From a candidate division WOR-3 bacterium (lineage in GTDB: Bacteria > Hydrothermota > Hydrothermia > LBFQ01), in contig JBDRWW010000001.1 in assembly GCA_039802605.1 (NCBI GenBank), forward strand, positions 1 through 64,000: 64,000 nt of DNA, written 5' to 3'. Below, piece by piece: positions 49,816-59,981 of this stretch. Below the pieces are notes generated by a model. That model made no database searches, was not told the DNA's origin, and saw nothing but the letters and a program-made list of their open reading frames with translations. The first letter of the stretch is position 1, and every line of letters begins with the position of its first letter. Made by a program: the position numbers and the translations under genes.

Positions 49816-50912
49816 GGGAAAGGGCTATAATTATTGGCATTCTTAGACCCGGCGAGGGTGAAAAGGTCTTTCGGAGGCTTGAGGAACTCAAAGAACTCGT
49901 AAAAACCGCCGGTGGTGAAGTCGTTGATGTGATAATACAAAGGAGGTTAAAGCCGGATCCGGCTTATTATATAGGCAAGGGGAAAGCCAAAGAAATATCG
50001 GAGCTTGTTCAAAAACTAAGGATAGATATGGTTGTTTTTGATGCAAAACTTTCACCGACACAGTTGAGAAACCTGACAGATATTATACCCTCTAAGGTCT
50101 TGGATAAGATTGATATAGTTCTTGATATATTCGCCCAGCATGCCAGCAGTGCCGAGGCTAAAATTCAAGTTGAACTCGCCCAATTACAAAACAGATTGGC
50201 GAAGCTAAGGGTGGCACCCGGATATTTTTCAAGGTTGGGTGGAGGAATTGGGACAAGGGGTCCGGGTGAAACAAAACTGGAAATAGATAGGAGGAGGATA
50301 TTACACAGGATAAGTATATTAAAGCGAAAGTTAAAGGATATAGAGAGGGCGAGAAAAGAAAGGACAAAAAGGCATAGGGAATTTTTCAGGGTTGCCCTTG
50401 TTGGATATACAAGCGCTGGAAAAACCACACTCCTTAACGCTTTAACTAAGTCAAAATTAAAAGAAAGCCCGAGTTTATTTACAACGCTTGATACATTTAC
50501 GAGGGGTATGTATTTAAACGGTAGAACCGTTTTGGTTTATGATACCGTGGGTTTTATATCCGATCTACCCCCACAGTTAATAGCGGCTTTTAGATCCACC
50601 CTATCCGTGGCGAATGAGGCGGATTTATTATTGGTTGTTGTAGATGTATCAAAACCGCAATTTGAGGAAGATTTGAAAGTTGTGGAGGAAACCTTAAAGG
50701 CAATAGGTGCCGGGGAAAAACCAAAAATATATGTTTTTAACAAAATAGACCTATTACCCTCCAAAGAATCCTTGGAAAGGCTAAAAGAAAAATTTGATGA
50801 AGACAACGCCGTATTTATAAGCGCAAAAACCGGGGAAAATCTTGAAAATTTAAAAGAAAAAATCTGGCAAAGGATGAACTTATCCTCTGAGAAGGGCTAT
50901 TACGGCCATTAG
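49812..50912 (+). CDS. hflX: GTPase HflX
   Basis: GGGIGTRGPGETKLE.DRR, GYTSAGKT, DTVGFI, NKID, ISAK. Confidence 0.95.
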   Translation: MRERAIIIGILRPGEGEKVFRRLEELKELVKTAGGEVVDVIIQRRLKPDPAYYIGKGKAKEISELVQKLRIDMVVFDAKLSPTQLRNLTDIIPSKVLDKIDIVLDIFAQHASSAEAKIQVELAQLQNRLAKLRVAPGYFSRLGGGIGTRGPGETKLEIDRRRILHRISILKRKLKDIERARKERTKRHREFFRVALVGYTSAGKTTLLNALTKSKLKESPSLFTTLDTFTRGMYLNGRTVLVYDTVGFISDLPPQLIAAFRSTLSVANEADLLLVVVDVSKPQFEEDLKVVEETLKAIGAGEKPKIYVFNKIDLLPSKESLERLKEKFDEDNAVFISAKTGENLENLKEKIWQRMNLSSEKGYYGH

Positions 50913-51569
50913 GGTATCCGCTGTTGCCCATAAAACATATGGATATATTGCGTTAATTTGTGCTATGAATGTTGCATCTCCAAACAGGAAGAGGCTAACA
51001 ACAAAGGCCCCAATTGCCCATTTTTTTCCTATTTCCGTTCCCCAAAGGAGTAAGAGGTTGTAAATAACTATAAACACCATTACCCAATCAAGGATTATAA
51101 AAAGAACATAAGGGGACATATTTTTGAATATATCTACGAGGTTGGGTATATAAAATGTGGCCGCAAAGAGAATGGAGAAAACAACTAAAACTATTATAAG
51201 CCTTGTAAATGTAAGGTAATACCCCGAGCTTTGGAAAAACCATATATACCTAAAATTACCCGCAAAAAAGAAGAATCTGGCAATTGTAATGAGTATTATC
51301 CCCATTAACCCGAAAGTGAAAATATCCGTAAGTTTTGCGAAGAAGAAGGATAAACCATGAAGTAAAAAGGCTATGCTCATAATCACATAAAACTGGCCGC
51401 GCACATTGTCAAGTCCGAGTTCAACATATCCCTTTAAAAACCAGACAACGGAAACATAAATCGTCAGGAAACCTATGCTATAAAGCGCAATAGGGTTTCC
51501 GGAAAACTTGAAAAACAACGAAAGCAAATATAAACCTATAAGCAATACCCAACCTAATGCCCGTACCAT
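50880..51569 (-). CDS. Hypothetical multi-pass membrane protein (about 7 TM)
   Basis: Successive hydrophobic segments; TATAAT 11 nt upstream. Confidence 0.7.
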   Translation of the reverse strand: MVRALGWVLLIGLYLLSLFFKFSGNPIALYSIGFLTIYVSVVWFLKGYVELGLDNVRGQFYVIMSIAFLLHGLSFFFAKLTDIFTFGLMGIILITIARFFFFAGNFRYIWFFQSSGYYLTFTRLIIVLVVFSILFAATFYIPNLVDIFKNMSPYVLFIILDWVMVFIVIYNLLLLWGTEIGKKWAIGAFVVSLFLFGDATFIAQINAIYPYVLWATADTLMAVIALLRG

Positions 51570-51621
51570 AAGATATGCAAATTATAAAGAGGAAAAACTT
51601 TCAACCTTAAAATTTCCGGTT

Positions 51622-53502
51622 ATGGAGAAGGTTATAGGGATAGATTTGGGTACTACAAACTCCGTGGTTGCGGTGGTTGAAGGTGGGGAACCGATTGTTA
51701 TACCTAATAGGCAGGGCGAGAGAATAACCCCATCCGTTGTTGCTTTTAAAGAAAACGGGGAAATATTGGTGGGTTCCCCGGCAAAAAGGCAGGCGATAAC
51801 AAACCCCTTAAATACGGTTTTCTCAATCAAGAGGTTTATGGGTAGGACATATGCAGAGGCGAAACGATCTGGGGATGTTGATAGGGTTCCGTACAAAGTC
51901 GTGTCCGGACCCAACGATAGGGTAGAGGTTGAAATTCCGGCCTTAAAGAAAAGGTTCACCCCGGAGCAGATATCGGCTTTTATACTTTCGGAGTTAAAAA
52001 AGGCGGCCGAGAACTTTTTGGGTACCGAGGTTCAAAAGGCCGTTATAACCGTTCCGGCTTACTTTAACGACCCCCAAAGGCAGGCCACCAAAGATGCGGG
52101 TTTAATAGCGGGGTTTAAAGAGGTTATAAGGATTTTACCGGAACCCACGGCGGCCGCTTTGGCTTATGGCCTCAACAAAACGGATAAATCCCTTAAAGTT
52201 GCCGTTTATGACTTGGGAGGTGGCACATTTGATATATCAATTTTAACGCTTGTTGAGGGTGCCTTTATAGTTAAGGCTACGCATGGGGATACCCATTTGG
52301 GTGGGGACGATATAGACCAAAAGATAATAGATTGGCTTATGGAGGAGTTTTACAGGGAAACCAAAATAGACCTTTCTAAGGATCCCGCAGCCTTGCAGAG
52401 GTTAAAGGAGGCGGCCGAAAAGGCCAAAAAGGAACTCTCATTCCAAAGTGAAACGCTGATAAGCCTGCCCTATATAGCCTTTGACCCCGAAGCCAAGGTC
52501 GGTTTAAACCTTGAAAGGGTTTTAACGAGGGCAAGGCTGGAGGCCATGGCCGAACCCTTAATAAACAGAACTGTTGAGCTTATGAGGCAAGCCCTTGATG
52601 AAGCCGGGTTTTCCAGAAACGAGATAGATGAGGTTATACTGGTGGGTGGTCAAACCCGTATGCCTTTGGTACAAAAAGTTGTTGAAGAGTTCTTCGGTAA
52701 AAAACCACATGCGGGAATAAACCCCGATGAAGTTGTGGCCATAGGGGCTGCAATTCAGGCCTCAATAGCAATAGGTGAGATGAGGGACAAAAAGGACATA
52801 GTCCTGGTTGATGTCGTTCCCCTATCCCTAGGAGTTGCAACCCTTGGCGATATATTTGATGTTGTAATACCCAAGAACACCCCTATACCCGTAAAGAAAT
52901 CAAAAATTTATACCACGGCATACGACAACCAAACGGTTGTAACGGTTGAGGTTTATCAGGGTGAAAGGAAAATAGCATCACAAAACAGGCTCTTGGGTAG
53001 GTTTGACCTTACGGGTATCCCACCCGCCCCAAGGGGGGTACCGCAAATAGAGGTAACCTTTGAACTGGATACAAACGGAATATTACATGTATCCGCCGTT
53101 GAAAAATCCACCGGCAAGAAGGCTGATATAAGGATACACGCGAGGACCGGTTTGACGGAGGAGGAAATTCAAAGGATGATTGAGGAAGCGGAGAGGTATA
53201 GGGAAGAGGATGAGAAGAGGGCGAGGTTGGCCGAGTTGAGGAATCAAATAGACGCGTACATATACGAGGTTGAAAAGGCCAGAAAAGAATTTGAGAATAA
53301 ATTAACGGAAGATGAAAAGAAGAGGATAGATGAGGGTATAAACAGGTTGAGGGATGTAATGAGTAGCAACGATGAAGAAAGGATGAGGAAAGAGTTTGAG
53401 GAGTTTCAAAAGGTTTGGAATACGATAATTTCAAGGATTTACCAACAAACCACTGGCAAACAAAACCCACCGGATGAGGAGGGCCCAACCATAGAGGCCT
53501 AA
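51622..53502 (+). CDS. dnaK: Chaperone DnaK (Hsp70)
   Basis: GIDLGTTNS, VITVPAYFND, DLGGGTFD, LVGGQTRMP, GIPPAPRGVPQIEVTF; start at ATG 51622, 8 nt after TAAAAT. Confidence 0.93.
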   Translation: MEKVIGIDLGTTNSVVAVVEGGEPIVIPNRQGERITPSVVAFKENGEILVGSPAKRQAITNPLNTVFSIKRFMGRTYAEAKRSGDVDRVPYKVVSGPNDRVEVEIPALKKRFTPEQISAFILSELKKAAENFLGTEVQKAVITVPAYFNDPQRQATKDAGLIAGFKEVIRILPEPTAAALAYGLNKTDKSLKVAVYDLGGGTFDISILTLVEGAFIVKATHGDTHLGGDDIDQKIIDWLMEEFYRETKIDLSKDPAALQRLKEAAEKAKKELSFQSETLISLPYIAFDPEAKVGLNLERVLTRARLEAMAEPLINRTVELMRQALDEAGFSRNEIDEVILVGGQTRMPLVQKVVEEFFGKKPHAGINPDEVVAIGAAIQASIAIGEMRDKKDIVLVDVVPLSLGVATLGDIFDVVIPKNTPIPVKKSKIYTTAYDNQTVVTVEVYQGERKIASQNRLLGRFDLTGIPPAPRGVPQIEVTFELDTNGILHVSAVEKSTGKKADIRIHARTGLTEEEIQRMIEEAERYREEDEKRARLAELRNQIDAYIYEVEKARKEFENKLTEDEKKRIDEGINRLRDVMSSNDEERMRKEFEEFQKVWNTIISRIYQQTTGKQNPPDEEGPTIEA

Positions 53503-55655
53503 AATTCGCCTGAAACGCTTAAACCGAAGTTCCAAGAGAATTTTTGCATTTTATCGTAATACGCGTATAAATGGCCCGATATATTAATTTCGTAAAGGTT
53601 TTTCTGCGGATAAAAACCCAGTAAGACTACCGGCCCTTCGGGTTTTATATATACCTCATCACCTTTCTCCCCGTAATAATTCCTGTAATAAAGGCTTAGC
53701 GAAAAGGGTTTTCTTATCCTGATAAAAGGGGAAAGTGCCCAAGAAGTTGATTTCAGAACTTCAAGACCAAAAAATTTATACCCAAACGATAGGGAATTGT
53801 ATTCTATATACTTACCAAAAACCCTTTTTAAGTTCTCGTATTCCATAAACCAATTGTAGTTGGCGAACCCGTTAAAAACCCTGTTATATCTGAACTCACC
53901 CGTTTCCACATCCCTATAAAGGTCAAATTTCACACCCACACTATCCCTACCAAACCAAGCATTCAAGTTTATGGTTTTTAAATCCTTAAAATCCGTCCTC
54001 AAAGATGCGTTTAGGTATTCCAAAACCGATATTCCTATATCGTATATTGCTGTATCCGTGGGGAAGTAAACCATTTCCCTTTTATAACTCCCAAAGGGTT
54101 TTGGGTAAAACATCCCCAAAGAATCCCTTTCGTAATCCCCCCATCCCTTACCCACATATATAAACCTCTCCTCCTTTTTAAAACTTATGGATGAAGATAT
54201 GTCCAAACGGATAAACTTCCAAATTAGACCGAGTATAAAGGACCTCCCCATTTTGCTAACCCCGTAGTTTAAAACCAAACCTTCGCCAATAAAACCTATG
54301 TCATAAGCCAAAAAACCGTCGTCGTACCTCTTAATCGTTCCAACAAGTTTTTCCGATTTACCATTAATCCCATAAGATCTACCAAATGTATCCTCCGCCA
54401 TAAATCCCCCCGCAAATAGGCCTTTTATAAAACCGCCAAATTCGTACCTGTTCCAAATACTTGTCCTTAAAAGGTTTGCATAAAACCCTCTATCCATTCC
54501 AAGTTTTATATCCCCGGAATACACGAAATCGTTTTCAAAAAAGCCCCTCAAAAATTTACCATTCAATCCCTCAAAATTCAAACCAATACCGAGATTTATG
54601 TTGTAATTCCCCGTATTTACTCCGGTTGCGGTATAGGGAATATAGGGGTTATAACCAAAATTCCCAAAGGAAAATGCGTATATTTTTTCCCCAATGGTGT
54701 AGTTCCACCTACCGCCCATGTTCCCCCGATCGTTAAAGTTTATGGATAGGTAATCCCCACCCCTCTCAAACCCCACTTCACCCATATACTCCCCATTATT
54801 CCCTTCTATTGGTTTTATGGTATAGTCCCCTCCACTTCCCACAAACACAAACCTATCACCGAGGAATTTATAATCCCCGTTTTTAACATTGACAAAATCG
54901 CACATCAAATCCCCGTTCAAAACATCTATGTAAAATGTATCCTTTGAAAACCTGTAATCCCCTTTTGATGTCCTTATACACCCTTTAAAACTTTCAAACC
55001 TTTGAGGGGTTATACCGCTTCCCCTTATGAAAAATCCCCCAACCCTTATTACCCCATAAGAGAATAGGTTTTGGCTACCCGTAGATTCCTGGTATTCAAC
55101 CGTAAGGATGTCGCCATCTTCAAATTCCCGTGTTATATATATGGCCCCATTTTTAAGGACATAACCGCTTTTTAGCACTCTGCCGTTTATATATACCCTG
55201 ACGGAATTCTCAACGACACCCTTGGAAGGTATAACATAAGGTCCGTTAAAACCCTTAAACAACCTAAAATTAACCCTTTTAACATCCGAAAACGACCTTA
55301 AAAACTTCAAAGTATCCCCTTTATAAAAAATCCCCAAACCTTCCCCCCTTACCCTTCCCCTTACAAAATCCTCGCTTAATATCCCACCAAATAAACCCAT
55401 ATAATCCTTGAAAATTTGTACCCTAAAATCCTGCAGGTTTTCTATCCTCTTAACCTCGCCGCTAACACCCGCAACATCTCTTATGGCTAAACCCAATGCC
55501 CACCCGTATATATCACCCTTAATTTCAGCATATAACCCATCGGTGCCAAAGTTGTAAAAACCACTCCAACCTTTTAGGGTTAAAGAGGTATCCCATTCAA
55601 AATAGGAAAATGAATCCGGGGTTAAAGGTTTTAGAAGGTATAACTCGTAAAACAA
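53499..55655 (-). CDS. Putative outer-membrane beta-barrel protein with a SprA-like segment
   Basis: Gly/aromatic strands and terminal Phe; GPY......V.NSVRVYINGRVL..GY....G.I.......IL.VEYQ resembles a SprA-type insert. Confidence 0.5.
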   Translation of the reverse strand: MFYELYLLKPLTPDSFSYFEWDTSLTLKGWSGFYNFGTDGLYAEIKGDIYGWALGLAIRDVAGVSGEVKRIENLQDFRVQIFKDYMGLFGGILSEDFVRGRVRGEGLGIFYKGDTLKFLRSFSDVKRVNFRLFKGFNGPYVIPSKGVVENSVRVYINGRVLKSGYVLKNGAIYITREFEDGDILTVEYQESTGSQNLFSYGVIRVGGFFIRGSGITPQRFESFKGCIRTSKGDYRFSKDTFYIDVLNGDLMCDFVNVKNGDYKFLGDRFVFVGSGGDYTIKPIEGNNGEYMGEVGFERGGDYLSINFNDRGNMGGRWNYTIGEKIYAFSFGNFGYNPYIPYTATGVNTGNYNINLGIGLNFEGLNGKFLRGFFENDFVYSGDIKLGMDRGFYANLLRTSIWNRYEFGGFIKGLFAGGFMAEDTFGRSYGINGKSEKLVGTIKRYDDGFLAYDIGFIGEGLVLNYGVSKMGRSFILGLIWKFIRLDISSSISFKKEERFIYVGKGWGDYERDSLGMFYPKPFGSYKREMVYFPTDTAIYDIGISVLEYLNASLRTDFKDLKTINLNAWFGRDSVGVKFDLYRDVETGEFRYNRVFNGFANYNWFMEYENLKRVFGKYIEYNSLSFGYKFFGLEVLKSTSWALSPFIRIRKPFSLSLYYRNYYGEKGDEVYIKPEGPVVLLGFYPQKNLYEINISGHLYAYYDKMQKFSWNFGLSVSGEF

Positions 55656-56336
55656 TCAGAACTCTCGTACCACCCCAAGATTTATGGTTGGGGAATTTGG
55701 TATTAAAGGCGCGGGATTTAGGAGGTTGATGTTTATAATGTTTTCCGTGCTTATTTCAATAGATGGGATACTATCGGGTTTATAAGGGTAGTTATACGGA
55801 TAGTTTTCCCCGTACGCATATGAAAATCCGATAAGGAATGTGTAGGGTTTTGAGATCTTTTTGAGGGTTATCGAAAAGGGGGTGTAGTTTGTGTTCAATT
55901 TGTATATAAGGGTATCCAAGGAAGGATTGCCGGTATTCGGATAACTGACCTTTGCATTCGGTGAAGGCGTTATACGATAATCTAAAACTATATTTTCGGG
56001 TAATATTTCTGCAAGGATTCCCCCAAGCGCGCCAAAGACGATATCCCCCAAACTAACAGGCGATGTTCTCAAAACCCTTTCCTCATAAACCTCCCAAGCA
56101 ATGGACGATACAAGGGGTATTATTACCGCACCTTTACCCCTTATATCCGTTATCCTGATAAACCAATAGTACATAAACATATGGGCGGGATAGGATTGGG
56201 TTACAAAATCCCCAAAGTCCTTTGAGGGTGGGAGTACGGCTACACCAAAATCACCCATTCCAACCCTATAAGCCTCCATCCTTTTACCGAAAGCATCCAC
56301 ATAAGTTGCCTTTTGTACGAATGCCATCCACCACAT
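55656..56336 (-). CDS. Hypothetical envelope protein (YfiM/DUF2279-like segment)
   Basis: IAWEVYE...SLGDIVFGALG; terminal Phe. Confidence 0.5.
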   Translation of the reverse strand: MWWMAFVQKATYVDAFGKRMEAYRVGMGDFGVAVLPPSKDFGDFVTQSYPAHMFMYYWFIRITDIRGKGAVIIPLVSSIAWEVYEERVLRTSPVSLGDIVFGALGGILAEILPENIVLDYRITPSPNAKVSYPNTGNPSLDTLIYKLNTNYTPFSITLKKISKPYTFLIGFSYAYGENYPYNYPYKPDSIPSIEISTENIININLLNPAPLIPNSPTINLGVVREF

Positions 56337-56339
56337 CCC

Positions 56340-57179
56340 CTATATTTTATGGCTGTAAGATATGTTTTTCCAGTAATTTTTCATAAGTAGTGCATCCCCT
56401 TCAATGTTCGGGCTTTCTGAGACTATGAACCCGTCGGCCTCAAATTCATAAAGGGTTTCCAAAATATCCTTCCAATTCAAATCCGATTCTTCGAGGTTTA
56501 GGTGGTGTTTCTCCCCTTTTGAAGAGTATGCTATTCCCGACATATGTATGTGCATGTTTTTTAAACCGTTTTCACCTAGGTATTCCTTTATTTTTTCCAG
56601 AACCCAAACAAATTCCCCCTTTGTATTAAACTTACCACCACTCCTCGCGTGTAAATGGGCAAAATCAAGGCAGGGTAAAACCCCTCCTATCTCCGCCGAA
56701 AGTTCAAGCAACTCTTCAAGGGAACCGTATTGCGTAGGCTTTCCCGTGGTTTCCGGTCTTAGAATAACGGATATACCTTCGGATTTCAGCCTTTCGGATA
56801 GATCTTTGAGAATCCCTAAAACCTTATTATGAACATCCTTTGGGTCATCTCCCAGATAATAGGCGGGATGAAAGCATATGTTCTCCGCGCCCGCCATATA
56901 TCCGATTTTTGCGGATTGGTATATCCTCTCAATAGAAGCCTTTAACTTATCCCTTTCTTTGGCGTTTAAATTTATCCAATACGGGGCGTGGACGGAAAGG
57001 GACAAACCGTTCTTTTCCGCTATCTCCTTCACCCTCTTAGCCTTATCCTCCTTCATATTAACACCCCTAACAAATTCCAGCTCCATCCCGTCTAAGCCCA
57101 ACTCCTTAACCCTTATCAACCCATCTTCCGTAGAACCGCTCCTACTTGAAATTGGAACACCCGCCGTAAAGAATTTCAT
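56340..57179 (-). CDS. nfo: Endonuclease IV-like AP endonuclease (TIM barrel)
   Basis: SVHAPYWINL, FHPAYY, PETTGK...G..EE, CLDFAHLHAR, HIHMSGI, HL.L, ESP.IE.DA. Confidence 0.88.
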   Translation of the reverse strand: MKFFTAGVPISSRSGSTEDGLIRVKELGLDGMELEFVRGVNMKEDKAKRVKEIAEKNGLSLSVHAPYWINLNAKERDKLKASIERIYQSAKIGYMAGAENICFHPAYYLGDDPKDVHNKVLGILKDLSERLKSEGISVILRPETTGKPTQYGSLEELLELSAEIGGVLPCLDFAHLHARSGGKFNTKGEFVWVLEKIKEYLGENGLKNMHIHMSGIAYSSKGEKHHLNLEESDLNWKDILETLYEFEADGFIVSESPNIEGDALLMKNYWKNISYSHKI

Positions 57180-57181
57180 AA

Positions 57182-58687
57182 TTATCGGACTATTACCTTC
57201 TCCCTCTTACCCCCATACTCTACAATATAAACACCCCTCTTTAAACCAACAAAACCTTTCCCTTTTATCTCCGCAACCTTTATCCCCGATGCATTGTATA
57301 CCTTTACAAAACCTTCACCCAAAACCCTTATTCCACCCTTTACGGCCTCAACCCTTATAATTCCCTCGGTTTCCTCCTTAACCGCTATCGGATCATCATA
57401 ACCGAGTATATCACAAGTCCCAACATTGTTTGACCTGAAAACATATAGGTTTGGGGCATCCATTTCACCCCTGATTATCAATTCAACACAGGTATCACCA
57501 TCCACATCCGCTATTACGGAATAGCCCGATGCGCAACACCCACTAACGGGACCACCATAAGAATAACTCCACAACCATGCACCGTTGGATGCACTATAAA
57601 CATCCAAATAACCATCGTGATTTGCAAACAATACCTCGTATCCCGGGTTCGTCATATCAAAATCGCCTACGGTTATTGGGGCATGCGAATGAACTTCATA
57701 AGCCGTGGTTATTGCCCATATAACCGCCCCGGTACCGCCATCTATGGCGGCAAAGTTCCACCAATAATCCGCAGTGAATATATCCCTTGTCCCGTTTCCG
57801 TTTATGTCGGGACCTATAACAACAGATTCACGACCGTCAAATGAAAGCTCCGAATATCCCGAAACACACCAGGCCAAGGAACCAGTCCCGTTTATACGAC
57901 ATGTGTAATTGTTGTAAAAATTAACAAAGATTTCCATTATTCCATCGCCATCAACATCTTCAACGGCGGGTGCGGAACCGTATGAATATCCGGTTGAAAC
58001 ACTCCACTTTATGCCACCATCCGTTCCCCTTAAAGCGTAAACGGTCCCGGAGTTATCGGCCACTATAACCTCTATTTGCCCATCGTTATCAACATCACCA
58101 ACGGCAACCGCCGCATCGGATACGACTGTCGTATTAACCCACCTTGTCATTCCATCAGACCCGCGAAAGGCGTAGGTGCCATTCCCCGTAGCAACTACCA
58201 CCTCCTTTTGGCCATCAAGGTTTATGTCATACACCCTAGGAGAACCGTTATATGCATACCCAACATACTGACTCCATATAATTGTTCCATTTGTCCCTTC
58301 AAGGACATAAAGATAACCGTCATAGGATGTGAAGGCAACTTCCATATTTGGATCGCCATCTATTTCGTCCAATGCAGGGGTTGAATATATAGAACCACTT
58401 GTTGTATATGTCCAGCGAATTGTCCCATCGGGACCGTTGAAACACCAAAGCGTCCCCCCATCATCGCCAACGACAACATCTGGAACACCGTCGTTTGTTA
58501 TATCAAGAACGGAAGGCCCGGAATATATGCCGGTTGTAGCGGAAAGGGATCTGAACCAAGCCACCACTACGGATGAAGGCCCGGAAAAACGGGCGGTTGC
58601 CATCGCCCTACCCCTACCCAATATATCCCTCTTTAAACCCCCCCAATATTGAGCAGGAGGCATTTGCGCAAATATTACCCAAATCAT
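57182..58687 (-). CDS. Secreted FG-GAP/PQQ-like repeat beta-propeller protein with T9SS-like tail
   Basis: Repeated D.D.DG..E(V/I) and LY.L.G.DG...W units; C-terminal VYNASG.KV...GVYIV..G....KVIVR. Confidence 0.85.
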   Translation of the reverse strand: MIWVIFAQMPPAQYWGGLKRDILGRGRAMATARFSGPSSVVVAWFRSLSATTGIYSGPSVLDITNDGVPDVVVGDDGGTLWCFNGPDGTIRWTYTTSGSIYSTPALDEIDGDPNMEVAFTSYDGYLYVLEGTNGTIIWSQYVGYAYNGSPRVYDINLDGQKEVVVATGNGTYAFRGSDGMTRWVNTTVVSDAAVAVGDVDNDGQIEVIVADNSGTVYALRGTDGGIKWSVSTGYSYGSAPAVEDVDGDGIMEIFVNFYNNYTCRINGTGSLAWCVSGYSELSFDGRESVVIGPDINGNGTRDIFTADYWWNFAAIDGGTGAVIWAITTAYEVHSHAPITVGDFDMTNPGYEVLFANHDGYLDVYSASNGAWLWSYSYGGPVSGCCASGYSVIADVDGDTCVELIIRGEMDAPNLYVFRSNNVGTCDILGYDDPIAVKEETEGIIRVEAVKGGIRVLGEGFVKVYNASGIKVAEIKGKGFVGLKRGVYIVEYGGKREKVIVR

Positions 58688-58693
58688 GTTAAT

Positions 58694-58721
58694 ATTATAC
58701 TCCTGATTGATTTTTTGTCAA
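58694..58721 (-). promoter_or_regulatory. Consensus sigma70 promoter TTGACA-N16-TATAAT
   Basis: Perfect -35 (58716-58721) and -10 (58694-58699) hexamers, 6 nt before ATG 58687. Confidence 0.8.
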
Positions 58722-58729
58722 GGCAAAAA

Positions 58730-59911
58730 TCACAAACCCCCTTTCCTCTCAATGGCCTTGAATATCACATACTCCTGAATCTCGTTGGTTCCCTCAAAGA
58801 TCCTGTTTATCCTCGCATCCCTATACATTTTCTCAACGGGGTAATCCTCTATGTATCCGGCCCCACCGTGTATTTGAACGGCCAAATCAACCACCCTATC
58901 CAAGACCTCGGATGCAAAAACCTTTACTATCGAAGCCTCCCTAATAATATCATATCCCATATCCGCCATCCAAGCCACCCTATAAAGCAAACTTTCAAGG
59001 GTAAATATGTCTATTGCCATTCTCGCGAGGTAGTGTTGTATAAGTTGGAAGTTTTTTATGGGCTGCCCAAACTGTACCCTTTCGTTTGCAAATTTCCAAG
59101 CAACCTCAAACGCCTCCTTTGCACCCCCAAGGCAACCGGCTCCTAAGGTGATCCTACCTATGTCAAGGGTTTCCATCGCAATCTTAAAACCCTGCCCAAC
59201 CCCACCTAAAACATTTTCTTCCGGAACTTCAAGGTCTTCAAGTACAACATAGGCGGTTCCCGATGCCTTTATCCCCATCTTCTTTTCCGTTTTCATAACC
59301 TTCCAACCCTTCCATTTGGTTTCCACTATAAAGGCTGTTATGCCGCCATAAGCACCGAGAGATTTATCGTTTGCGGCAAATACAACGGCTATATCGGCGA
59401 TGTTCCCGTTTGAAACATAGAGTTTTGAACCGTTTAAAATCCACCTATCGCCCTTTTTAACCGCGGTCGTTTGTATATGTTGGGCATCGGAACCCGCATT
59501 CGGTTCCGTAAGGGCGAAGCACCCAATATATTCACCCGTGGCTATCTTTGTTAAATACTTTTCTTTCTGCTCTTTATTCCCGCCTATGTTTATAGCACCA
59601 CCGCACAAACCCGTTGATGCCCCAAGTAGCACCGCCACGGATGCATCACCCCTAGTTATCTCCTCTTGTAATACCGCATTTCCCAATTCGCCGAGGCCAG
59701 CGCCTCCATATTCTTCGGGTAAAAGGATACCAAAAAATCCCTGCTCCGCCATCTTTTTTATTAGCTCTTGGGGTATTTCTTCCCTTTTTTCCATCTCCCG
59801 CGATATGGGTTTTATTTCCCTATTCACAAACTCCCTAACCATTGCCCTAAGGTCTTCAAGGGTCTCAACCTTATCCTTGGGTAAGTTCAAAAATTCAAGG
59901 GCGCTTTTCAT
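58730..59911 (-). CDS. Acyl-CoA dehydrogenase
   Basis: PEEYGGAG, FALTEPNAGSDA, LNGSK..VSNG, R.QFG.PI, QIHGG.GY, RIFEGTNEIQ; start MKSALEF, 8 nt after TAGAAT. Confidence 0.94.
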   Translation of the reverse strand: MKSALEFLNLPKDKVETLEDLRAMVREFVNREIKPISREMEKREEIPQELIKKMAEQGFFGILLPEEYGGAGLGELGNAVLQEEITRGDASVAVLLGASTGLCGGAINIGGNKEQKEKYLTKIATGEYIGCFALTEPNAGSDAQHIQTTAVKKGDRWILNGSKLYVSNGNIADIAVVFAANDKSLGAYGGITAFIVETKWKGWKVMKTEKKMGIKASGTAYVVLEDLEVPEENVLGGVGQGFKIAMETLDIGRITLGAGCLGGAKEAFEVAWKFANERVQFGQPIKNFQLIQHYLARMAIDIFTLESLLYRVAWMADMGYDIIREASIVKVFASEVLDRVVDLAVQIHGGAGYIEDYPVEKMYRDARINRIFEGTNEIQEYVIFKAIERKGGL

Positions 59912-59981
59912 AACCCTGTATTCTACTCCCGTTTTGCTTATCAAAGTGTGGGAATTTTTTCACCTTTATAATATCCACTTC

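Noticed and set aside
51508..51621. N-terminal extensions in the ORF track for dnaK (also rnr, sodC, rpmB, lptD, acyl-CoA dehydrogenase, TonB receptor)
   Set aside because: They overlap neighbouring genes, tRNAs or the -10 box. Downstream ATGs match the family N-termini and promoter spacing.
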